Shown here in pieces: positions 26,823 to 37,197 of a DNA stretch of 64,000 nucleotides (within the stretch, counting starts at the first letter, position 1; each line of letters starts with the position of its first letter). Under the pieces are notes generated by a model, which was given only the letters and a program-made list of their open reading frames with translations, made no database searches and was not told the origin of the DNA. The position numbers were made by a program, and so were the translations under genes. The DNA lies in assembly GCF_002113885.1 (NCBI RefSeq), contig NW_018405715.1:169006-233005 (forward strand), given 5' to 3'. The DNA comes from Mizuhopecten yessoensis (Eukaryota).

Positions 26823-26961
26823 GTTAAAGTATGGGGTTGAGGGATATAGCAAGTTTCTGGTGTCCCTTGACCATGCCTATTTCCCTCGGCTTCGCCTCGG
26901 GAAATATAACTGGGCTCGGGACACCAGAAACTTGATATATCCCTCAACCCCATACTTTAAC
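26823..26961. mobile_element. Palindromic MITE-like hairpin
   Basis: gttaaagtatggggttgagggatatagcaagtttctggtgtccc pairs with gggacaccagaaacttgatatatccctcaaccccatactttaac. The central loop contains ctcggcttcgcctcggg. Confidence 0.8.
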
Positions 26962-27602
26962 TGTATAATAAAGTCCACGTTATCCTTTCACAGTGGTAAT
27001 ACTTCAATAAATGTTTTATCTATAGACACTTGCCAAATCACCACAGAAATACTTGCATAAGAAGAAGAAATTCCGCTAATATTTGGGTTGTTATATTGGA
27101 GGAGTGCCTGGACTGCATATACATATACATCAACAATCTTACATAATCTTTGGGATAGTGACATGCTCAGCAGTTACTTAGCAAACTCCCCGGTGTCGGC
27201 CATCAATAAGGGTTAGAATTTTAAAATTGTCCTCTCCCCCAAATAGCAAGATATAAATATCAGGTGAGTCATTTCTAAAAAAAAAATCGAAATGCATTAC
27301 ATCCTTTTTTTTCTTCTTGTTTTTATTTGTCTTTGTTGGCAGTTATTTAGCGTCTGTGTAATATAATGGCCGATTCATGGACGGTTGGACCACTTCTATA
27401 AGTATGCCATGTGTATATACCTGGGACGACTTGAAGTTTAATGGCTATTTTACTGCAGACAGATGAGACAAAAGTACAATTTCACAAGGAAGAACTGGTA
27501 AAAAGTGAACATCCATGTTTATCTGAATAAAATATCCTTGTCGAGTTACTGTATGCAATATGTCTGACTATATCTGTCGTACGGCCACTGAATTAAGGTT
27601 AA

Positions 27603-27990
27603 CATTGGCGTTATATCTAAGTGTCTACTCTTATTGGCGCTATAACTAGGTTTCTAAGTTCATTGGCGTTATAACTAAGTTCATTGGCGTTAAAACTAAG
27701 TTTCTAAGTTCATTGGCGCTATTACTAAGTTTCTAAATTCATTGGCGTTATAACAAAGTGTATATGTTCATTGGCGTTATAACAAAGTTTATATGTTCAT
27801 AGGCGTTATAACAAAGTTTTTTATGTCCATTGGCATTATAACTTAGTTTACATGACCATTGACGTTATAACAAAGTTGTTATGCTCATTTGCGTTGTAAG
27901 TAAGATTTATTATCATTGCCGTTTTACATTTGTACGTAAAGTTTCTTTGACCATTGGCGTTGTATTTAAGTTTCTATGTTCATTGTCGTT
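27603..27990. repeat. Degenerate 29-bp minisatellite
   Basis: Recurring cattggcgttataac(t/a)aagttt with about 29-bp spacing. Confidence 0.85.
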
Positions 27991-28561
27991 TCTTTGATCT
28001 CTATATCGATAGACATCTAACTAAGGTTATGCGTCTTTCATTATTAGGGATAATAATACCACTCTGGAAATAAACCTTCTGTGAAAATCAAATTGAATAA
28101 TCGCTTTAACAAAGGCGCAAAACATTCATACAGTAGGTTTTCTTTATGAACATGGAGACTTATTCCACTTGGTCTTTTTTACGGCATTTAAAATGTCATT
28201 TTTTCCCGTGGTTTCGTTTTCTAGGTCATGAAATATACATCCATTAGAACTGTATTCCTTATCGTCAGAATCAATCAAATCAAACACCAAACATATTCAT
28301 CAAATGACACTAAATATTTTTTACGGAAACAAAACGTGGCAACTTTTGCGTTTGTTTAATGATCGGTAAAACTGATTGTACCTTGTTAGCATATATTTAG
28401 CGTCCAACAAAAACGCTTCTGTTTTAAGGAGTACGTAAAAAATTGAAGTCACCAAGCCTTTTCACAGAAATTCAACTGGTGCATGATCGGACCATACCCG
28501 AATTCGATCTACATAATTCAATAAATGGTACTGTGGTACTATACTATGATATGTGTTTCAG

Positions 28562-28748
28562 ATAACAGGTGAATGGAACGGCCTCATCCGGGCCCTTCTA
28601 GACCGGCAGGCCGACATGGTACTCACCGCCCTCCAGATGACACCCAAACGGAACCAGCTGATCGAGTTCTCTATGCCTTACCTGGAGACTGGTACAACAA
28701 TCGTCGTGTCCCTTCGGAAGGGCGCCATCTCTCCTACCGCCGTCCTAG
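28562..28748 (+). CDS. Nmdar2: NR2-like exon (S1 to pre-M1)
   Basis: tgtttcAG acceptor, G|gtaaaa donor (phase 0 to 1). Encodes ITGEWNGLIRALLDRQADMVLTALQMTPKRNQLIEFSMPYLETGTTIVVSLRKGAISPTAVL. Confidence 0.95.
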
Positions 28749-29322
28749 GTAAAACTCCAGTTTTGTTTTCTTTTATTTATTTTTCGGAGAACATCAATTG
28801 TCTTACTTTCATACTATAAACAGGTTAATCCCCATTCAATATGGCGCCATCTTTTCGAACATCGTCTCGTGCGATACCCAGCCGTGTCCTTTATGACGGG
28901 CAGTTCACGAATCATCATTTTAAGTAAGATGACATATGTCTCTATCGAAGGGCGTCATTCCCAGTCATGTCCTTCTGAAGGACATAACGGCAACCACCAC
29001 CGTCTAGGTAAACCAATCTCATGACCGTCTGAAAGGTCGCTGTCTCTCCAAATGACGCCTTCGGCAGGCCAAAATCAAGTTTCATCTGAAGGCTGACATC
29101 TCGCCCACTGCAGTGCTTCTTCTTATATCCCATAAACACATAAAACGTTCACTATTAAAAAAGAAGATTTTTGTTCAGTTATATAAAATGCATTAGGAAT
29201 GCCAAGAATTCAATTTGATGTGTTTTTCAAGATTTCCCGTTAGGTTATTGAGGGATACGTCACCCATATTATTTTAAGACTTCCCCATAGAGACAGAAAC
29301 ATTTTGGAAATATCAAAATAAC

Positions 29323-30202
29323 TACAGTCGAACCTCGGTATCTCGAAGTCGACGGGGTCGTGGAAAAACTTCGAGTTATCCGAGTATTCGAGTTATGCGG
29401 GTTCGTAGATTTGGTATGAAATTTGCTGTTGGGACATAGCACTAGCAGTTGTTGGTTTTATTTATAGTTAATGCTTTTAATCAATCGATAAATGATACAC
29501 GTAATCAATATAACAAATACAGCTATGTAATTTTACAATAAACACGCTTACAAAAATATAGTAAGTTATTTCAGAAAAACGTACTTTCGTTTCTAAACGC
29601 GATCAAAACGGTTGGACCATTTTGTGAATTCGTTATTAAATATGAACTGGCCTAGTGATTAAACGTTGTTTTTGGCTAGTATAGATCTTGGCAAAGTCTT
29701 TTCAGGTCTGCATTTGTATTTGTAAGTCCGTCAAGGTTTACCTCTGAAGTGTTACATTTCAAACCGAACTATCCCGCTGTCTCTGATCTCGTAGTTTACA
29801 ATGCGGAAATGAAAGTGCGCAAGTCTAAAACAAATCACTGTAATGGAGCGTACGCATAGTTGATTCTGTAAATGAAAACACACAAACAAATTATATCGTA
29901 CATGTGACACATTGATTCATTAAAGCCAAATATGACACCTGACACCTCCTCAACTCGATGTAATCAACAGCAATTATCGTTTTGTTCTTAAATCTCTCGA
30001 TCGACTTTCAAAGCCATACTGGCTCCTGTAAAAACATGAACCCGTAAAGCTGTCCTAGGTTGTGATTTTAACTGTGGAACTCTTTTATGCATGACCACGC
30101 TTTGTGACCAATTTTCCGGTTTGCACTGTCGTCTGTTTAGGTGTACAAATCATTAAACGGACTCGCAGTAAGTACAGATTACTGTTGATCAACATTGATG
30201 CA
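29323..30202. mobile_element. Left end of a Tc1/mariner (pogo/Tigger-like) non-autonomous element; right end not seen
   Basis: TA|CAGTCGAACCTCGGTATCTCGAA terminus followed by ttcgagttat sub-terminal repeats. No matching right terminal inverted repeat was seen before or after the gap, so the extent is uncertain. Confidence 0.6.
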
Positions 30203-30349
30203 NNNNNNNNNNNNNNNNNNNNNNNNNNNNNNNNNNNNNNNNNNNNNNNNNNNNNNNNNNNNNNNNNNNNNNNNNNNNNNNNNNNNNNNNNNNNNNNNNN
30301 NNNNNNNNNNNNNNNNNNNNNNNNNNNNNNNNNNNNNNNNNNNNNNNNN
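30203..30349. other. Assembly gap (147 N); probable location of the missing M1 exon
   Basis: Run of N. No M1-coding sequence (EP....W...FEWLSP-like) was found elsewhere in the intron 28749-30954. Confidence 0.9.
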
Positions 30350-30954
30350 TAGCCATTGATGACCTCATTCAACGTGTAATATCCAGCAGTCCACAATACG
30401 TCACTATGTGGCAGAAACACGCGCCTTCTCATGATTAAAGCTCCTTCTAATAACTACGCTATTACTATTAATTTTAGCTATCATGGTTCTGAACACACAC
30501 GCAAACGATAATTCTGAAAAGATGACAAACGTTATGAAGAAAACAGTCTCAGATTGATATATAGGACGGTAATATGTTCTAAGTAATTTCGGCCTAGTTC
30601 ATGGTCCCAAAGATGCCAAACTGCTTAAATAGTCTATATACAGGCTATTAAATAATCACCACTGTATGAGGTCGGCTCGGTGTGGCTGTCCCCAAGGTCC
30701 TGGCATAGTCTAGCGTCTAATAGCACATGTCAGCATCTAATTAACCCAGCGCCAATGCTAGCCTTGGTTGTGATCCATTTAGAAAAACAAGTATCGTCGA
30801 TTAGTAGATATGATGAAGTAAGGGATCCATCAAGTTCTTTATATTCTTTCGTCATTCTGACTGATACTTAGCACGTAAGCATTGGGTAGACCAATAAACA
30901 TGTCAATATGTATGTGATGGAATTGGAAATTATACCCTTTACTTTACACTACAG

Positions 30955-31175
30955 AGCATGCGTTCTCCCTGTTCCGTTCCTTCTGGTTGATATGGGCCAT
31001 GCTGTTTGGAGCGTCCGTCTCGGCTGACAATCCACGAGGGTGCGCTAGCCGTTTCCTGGCCAACGTGTGGGCACTGTTCGCCCTGGTTTTCCTGGCAAGT
31101 TACACAGCTAACTTGGCCGCTTTTATGATCACCAAGGAAGTCTACTATGACCTGTCAGGCATCAAAGACTGGAGG
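30955..31175 (+). CDS. Nmdar2: NR2-like exon (M2 pore loop and M3)
   Basis: actacAG acceptor, AGG|gtgagc donor (phase 1 to 0). Encodes [73 protein letters not shown], containing the SYTANLAAF gate motif. Confidence 0.97.
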
Positions 31176-31459
31176 GTGAGCTCTGTCGATACTCCATAGT
31201 GTACTTCATCGTGTCCATAGTCTACTGACATACTAGATAAGGCTAAGCAGGGTCTGTCTATGATAGCAGGTGAATCGTGGACCCGATTGAAAACGAATAT
31301 CAAAAAATAAATAGCTAGGGAAAATATAAAAGGTTTTAGCAGACTCATATTTTGCACTATCATCTCTTGCCAACGTATATCATTTATAAATGTGAGATTG
31401 TGTCTATTTTTTATTGGTGAAAAATGAAACATGTTAAAAGAAATACTTGTTTTCCATAG

Positions 31460-31620
31460 TTAACGAATCCACACAGCCACAAACCGCCCTTCAAGTTCGC
31501 CACCGTCCCTAATGGGAGTACAGAGGAAAACCTGAGACAGAATCACCCAGAAATGTTCAGCTACATGAAAAAGTACAACCAGCCGTCAGTTCGGGAAGCC
31601 GTGAAAGCCTTGAAAAAAGG
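31460..31620 (+). CDS. Nmdar2: NR2-like exon (S2), absent from ORF track
   Basis: ttttccatAG acceptor, GG|gtcagt donor (phase 0 to 2). Encodes LTNPHSHKPPFKFATVPNGSTEENLRQNHPEMFSYMKKYNQPSVREAVKALKKG. TVPNGSTE is the GluN2 signature. Confidence 0.95.
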
Positions 31621-32556
31621 GTCAGTGACGCTAGTTAATGGCTGTCCCAGACATGCAGCATGTACAGTATGCATGTTGTAGAGGAGGTTTTATAACATGT
31701 GCCTAACAAAACCTTACATGTGTCTCCACGAAGGGATTCACTGCTGCGGCGGCGAAGTAGAACAGGCAAACACCTTGTTGTTCCTGTAGTCTCACAGCGT
31801 GAAGACTTCTTGGCAATGCGATAGTTAGCCGAATGTTGATATGACTTTGATGACCCCACATGAACGTGGAGTAAAATGGCGTGATATAAAGCTACCAATG
31901 ACCTTAGGCGTTCATACAACACTTTTGTATCCCTTCTGTGTATCCTTACTCTATCACTAGAGGGGGTGTCTATTTTAGGTCATTAAAGGTCAAGGCCAAT
32001 TTAAAAGTTTAAAGGTCATTAAGGTGCATTCCGTTTTGTGTTAGCCTCAATTTCCTCTCTCATTTTGCCGAAAGCCTACATGAAGGATTACACACAAATT
32101 CATCACAACAGAACGATGTGTTTCTTATTATTATCGGGATCTTTTACAAAAATCAAGGTCGTATTTGATGGTTTCATTTGATTTAATGATATATAAATCC
32201 ATAACGCGGCGACTTAATTCTAGTTTATCGATATGTTTGGTAAAGTTTACAGTCATTTATAGTCACGGGTTATAGCAAAATCAATATTTATGTAACAGAT
32301 GACGTCACACTACTAATCATCCCTTAAAGTAACTAAAAATCATGCATACAGAAAGTTTTAAAGAGTTAAAATGATATCTCGGAACAACAAATTCAAAGCT
32401 TTGTGTCTCGTACCTAGCTGACATCATAAATGTTGGAAGTTGCATGGAGACCCATGCGTTTACCGACACCCGTTTATCACATGCCTCTGGTATGAAAAAG
32501 TAAATGTAAAGCAGTAACGCTAACACCTCACTGATAATGTGTTTTTGACGTTACAG

Positions 32557-32741
32557 AGAGATACAGGCGTTTATCTATGATGCCACACCTCTGGAGTACC
32601 AGATAGGTATAGATGCTGACTGTCATCTCATATCCGTGGGCAAATGGTACGCCATGACGGGATACGGTGTCGGCTTTCCTAGGGGGTCGGGCTTCCTAGT
32701 CGAGGAGGTCAACTCTTATCTGCTAGATCTACAGGAATACG
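32557..32741 (+). CDS. Nmdar2: NR2-like exon (S2), absent from ORF track
   Basis: gttacAG acceptor, G|gtatgt donor (phase 2 to 1). Encodes EIQAFIYDATPLEYQIGIDADCHLISVGKWYAMTGYGVGFPRGSGFLVEEVNSYLLDLQEY (AFIYDA and WYAMTGYG motifs). Confidence 0.95.
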
Positions 32742-33319
32742 GTATGTGTACCAGTTGTTTGTCATTAGCTGTTCCTGGGGATGTTTTATATTAAGATTTT
32801 GAAAATGCGTATGTTTCTATTTGTTGATTGCTCCACATAGTGTGTATACTGCTTAACATCATATAAAACGCTGTACATAATACAATACATATAACGAATG
32901 TACACGAAGCGCTCTACATTTTTATGCATAACGCTTTAGCGCTTATTATATTATGTAGAGCACTCCATATATATGATGTAGCGCACAATTCATCATTATG
33001 AACAGCTGTAGGGGGCACTGTATGAGTATGTGGAGGGCTTTATGTAGTAAGTAAATTATACGTTTATAGCATTTTATGTCTAAGAGTTGTAAAGTAACTA
33101 TGTATGTTTGATTACGGAGTTCAGTTTTGTTTATACTTGTAAAATAATTTATTAAAATTGGAATCATGCATTGAAACTGGTTTAAAAATCCGTATTAAAT
33201 GGGACAGTAGTTCCAATATGATTATATATCCAATGCAGCACAACGAACCTAGGCAATTTATGACAAAGTAAATACGCTATGTTGACACCAGCGGGACACT
33301 TGAACTATGTATTTTACAG

Positions 33320-33555
33320 GAGAGCTGGATAGGCTACGGAAGTTCTGGTTGGCAGGCGCGTGTCACTCCAAACAGAAGAGAAAGCAGAACAGCCACCAGC
33401 TAGGCATACTTAATTTTACCAGTGCTTTTATCCTCCTGGCATCAGGAATCGTCCTAGGGGGTATTCTACTTATATTGGAACACCTTTACTTTCGATTTGG
33501 CAGGAAGTGTCTGAAACAATACGACAAATGTGGATGTTGTGCATTAGTTAGCTTA
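33320..33555 (+). CDS. Nmdar2: NR2-like exon (end of S2, M4, proximal C-tail)
   Basis: attttacAG acceptor, TTA|gtaagt donor (phase 1 to 0). Encodes ELDRLRKFWLAGACHS...QLGILNFTSAFILLASGIVLGGILLILEHLYF...KCGCCALVSL. Confidence 0.95.
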
Positions 33556-33773
33556 GTAAGTATAAGATTTTGTGTGATCTTATAGAAACTACAATAATTC
33601 ATTATGAATGTATATCTTTGATAAAATTAGGGCATGTATACTAGAGAGTAAACATTTACAGTGTAATATATATATTTCTTCCTTTTCTGTAATCTTTTAA
33701 ACGACACAGTGTGTACCCATGTTAAAATAAGTAGTAGGATGTCTTAAGCGTTGACGTATTATCTATGTTATAG

Positions 33774-33943
33774 AGTATGGGGAAATCGTTAACGTTTGAG
33801 CAGTCTGTCATGGAGGCCTTAGATTACACGAAGAAGCACAGATGTAAAGACCCAATCTGTGAGACCCAGATCTGGAAGGTCAAGCATCAGTTAGATATCG
33901 CTCTCTTGAAGATCGACAAACTAAACAAGGACATGAAGTCAAG
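33774..33943 (+). CDS. Nmdar2: NR2-like exon (invertebrate-type C-tail), absent from ORF track
   Basis: tgttatAG acceptor, AG|gtaagc donor (phase 0 to 2). Encodes SMGKSLTFEQSVMEALDYTKKHRCKDPICETQIWKVKHQLDIALLKIDKLNKDMKS. Resembles the Drosophila NR2 tail as I recall it (SMGK.LTF...KKHRC.DPIC.T..WKVKH.LD). Confidence 0.92.
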
Positions 33944-34200
33944 GTAAGCACAAGGACATGAAGACAATGTAAGCACAGGGATATAACGACAAGGTAAGCA
34001 CAAGGACATGCAGACAAGGTAAGCACAAGGACATGAAGTCAAGGTAAGCACAAGGACATGAAGACAATGTAAGCACAAGGACATGAAGTCAACCAAGCAC
34101 AAGGACATGAAGTCAACCAAGCACAATGATATAACGACAAGGTAAGCACAAGGACATGAAGACAAGGTAAGCACAAGGACATGAAGACAAGATAAGGACG
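33925..34200 (+). repeat. 25-bp minisatellite whose unit is the exon end plus 5' splice donor
   Basis: Unit acaaggacatgaagtcaag|gtaagc, about 11 copies, decaying toward about 34400. Confidence 0.92.
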
Positions 34201-34714
34201 AAGACATGGAGACAAAAGTGAGGAGAAAGATATGGAGACAAGTTGGGGACAAAGATATGGAGAAAATATGAGAACAAAGACATCGAGACAATGCAAGTAA
34301 ATAGCATTTAAACAATGTAAGAACAAGGCAGGAAAATATGATAAGTACATGGGCATAAAAACACGGTAAGCAGAAAGACGAAGAAAAGATAAACATAAAT
34401 ACGGAGACAAAATATGCACACGAAAATATATACCAATTTCTTCAGTTGTATGATGTGGCTTCCATTGTGTGCTTTAACGTCGTTCCTTATATTTTTCTTT
34501 TATATTTATCATGTGTAATAAACTCCTTGCGACTAAACTGTGTGATTTTAACGCTTATATTTGATGAAATGCAAAAATATTGTATTCCTAATATTTTTCC
34601 ATTTAATTCCGTAACAAAATTTGTTACTCATTTCAACCTCGTTCCCATTCTATATGATTCATGGAGGATAGGAGAAGTAAAATTAAATTTGTTTATGGGT
34701 TTCTTTACTTGTAG

Positions 34715-35144
34715 AAATGGAAAGACATCTTCACCTTTAGCAATTACGGCTTCCGGTGAAAATCAGGATCCTATAAATGCAAAGAATGAGGACAGTAGTG
34801 ATCCAATCGGAAAGAAAAAGCGGGAAGCTGAAGAAGATGCGATACGAGAAAAGCAGCGAGCACTGGAGGACTTGTATGCATCGCGCACAGATGACGAAGA
34901 AGCGGATGATGTGCCTTATGCAAATGTGGACCGACAGGAAAACAACGTTTCACCTGATCCGGAAGTTGAAAATGACAATATTAGGTCACATGATAGAAGC
35001 ATGCGGCGGTCTCCAAGTTACAATCAAGCCGTGGCAACAGCCACTGAAGGATCAAGTGTGGCCTCAGACGCAAACCAAGGTCTGAAGCAAAGAAAACTGA
35101 GCGATGGTAAATACTACTCCAGTGTAAACAACGAGGAGGTATGA
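34715..35144 (+). CDS. Nmdar2: Probable terminal coding exon of the NR2-like gene (acidic, disordered C-tail ending ...SSVNNEEV*)
   Basis: ttctttacttgtAG acceptor in phase 2, matching the previous donor. Open to TGA at 35142-35144. Composition shifts sharply from AT-rich intron to coding-like. Low conservation, so assigned by phase and position. Confidence 0.78.
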
Positions 35145-36807
35145 TGTCAGCACTTGTAAGAGGATTGTATAATTAGATCAGAATAGGCTGAAAAAAAGTC
35201 ATCTCGATTTCTAGTGTACAGTGATATTTTTATAACGTTTTCTGTATAAACCGTTAGTAGATTAGCGTGGTTGTTTGTGTAGGTCGGTTGTGTATGTAAT
35301 GAGTTTGTGAGGGTAATCTAGAGGGTTATCATGCGTACGAAGGTATGTAGTCTAGCCAATGAACTAAAGCGCAGTGTAACTGTTCAATATATAATTTCAC
35401 TCGGTAATATTTTCATTTAGAAATCAAATCATTGTATCGAAATTTATTGTCTATGTAATGATGATGATTGTGCTGAACTTGTACAATGACCAAGCTGTCG
35501 TTTGAGATGTTGCTATCTTCCAGGTTACATAGTTGATATTCCTACTTTGAAGAATAATATAATCGGTCACGCCTGTGTGATGCACACAGAGAAACTTTAA
35601 CCTAAGTGTAAGATTTTGTTTTAAGTTAGCAAGATGTTTTGCCGATTGCTGAACTTTAAACAAATCTATCCCTCGGGTTGCGATTTCTTTGTCTGTAATG
35701 CACGGGAGTAATTGATTATATTACTCCCGCTATATTAAGTTGTATCGGTGGACTCGATGTTTAGCACCATCATCAAGAGCGCATGAAATGTGCGACAAAA
35801 TGGATGAAATTACCCTGGCTAAACTAAACTACATGTAGAAATAACGCGACGGTGTCTTTTAGAATCATAACGCGTGTCTCTCCTTGGTAGATAAAGACAT
35901 GTACATCTTTCCCGTGGCAAGCATGGGAATCGGAGTACACCTGTGCAGTGTGGGAAACAAGTATATCTAAGTTATCTTATTACAGTCAGTCAAGACCTAT
36001 TGATCATTTAAAAAATTGCGAAAGCGATCTTTTTTTTTAAATGATAACAACCAATAAAGCATCCCAAAGCAGTATTATACAATTACAATGCACGTGTATA
36101 AATCTTACATATAATACCGGCACAGATACACAGTATACATGTGTTTCCCTAGTATGTGAAACATTGTTATTTTCCCATGAATTCAATCATGTTTACTTGG
36201 CGAGAACATGTGATATATCTAGTCCAATCAGATACGCCGTTACATTGACGTCTCACGATGACTATCATTAGTTAAATATTTCTTTACATCACATCATTAA
36301 TCCTTATATTTACACATCTGAACAGATAAACGTGTGATACGTAAATGCTGTTGCAATATCGTAGTCCTCTGTTGACTTTAGACGTCAGTGTCAGTGCTTT
36401 TCTTGTTTCCAATACTCTTATTGAAAAAGACAAATTTACAAGAGGTCAAAATCAAAATACCGGTGCTTTTTGTGGATATCTAGTTATTTATACTTACGGT
36501 CATATGCTTTTTTTTTTGTACACTTGTAAAGAAAAAAAGTTTTTAAAATTATGACGTACAATACACAGACGAGACGGTTAATCTTATAAAGGAATGCATT
36601 ATGTATAGTTATTTTTGTACATAAAAACGTGGAAAAGAACAATAGAAGGGTTGTTAAATACAATTAATTTATATCGATATTTAGCGTGTAGTCCAAAGCT
36701 GTACCAAAGAATTAACACTTATTGAGCGTGTAACACTCGCATCCATGTCAATACTACGATTCATTGTTTGATCAGAACGTCACCGGTTGGTATGCATATT
36801 AAACTTT

Positions 36808-36808
<1 letters not shown>

Positions 36809-36845
<37 letters not shown>

Positions 36846-36864
36846 GGGAGTGTGTGTGTGTGTG
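36809..36864. repeat. (GT)n microsatellite, interrupted
   Basis: Seen directly. Confidence 0.95.
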
Positions 36865-37077
36865 TAGGGGAGGGGTGGGGGTAACTGTCGTCGTATGTAA
36901 CGGTTTGCGTTCAGTGTTGTTCATGATAATACCGAGTTGTACAGTTTATATAGAGCGTCTCACAGTATGGGATTACAGTAGGATATGCAATCATTATATC
37001 GTAGGGACTGTCAGTTACGATTAAAAGTTTAAATAAGGTTGATATATATATCAAAATATTACAGTCGTTTTCATAAT

Positions 37078-37197
37078 ATAGTTTCATGCGAGGCATTATT
37101 TACATTCAAATAGATTCTATTTGAATATAAACATGTACATTTAATTGCTGCAATTAAATGTATATATTCAAATAGAACCTGCCTCGCATGAAACTAT
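37078..37197. repeat. Nested palindrome or hairpin
   Basis: Perfect 18-bp outer arms atagtttcatgcgaggca / tgcctcgcatgaaactat around a self-complementary AT-rich core. Confidence 0.85.

Noticed and set aside
30680-30871. ORF starting WLSPRSW as the missing M1 exon (resembles FEWLSP)
   Set aside because: No hydrophobic helix precedes it, there is an in-frame TAA at 30653-30655, and no suitable acceptor was seen. Chance match.
33887-34419. Minus-strand Cys/Leu-rich ORFs
   Set aside because: Antisense reading of the 25-bp donor minisatellite and the purine-rich intron.
36053-36058. AATAAA as the gene's poly(A) signal
   Set aside because: Plausible, but the hexamer is common in AT-rich DNA and cannot be assigned without transcript data.
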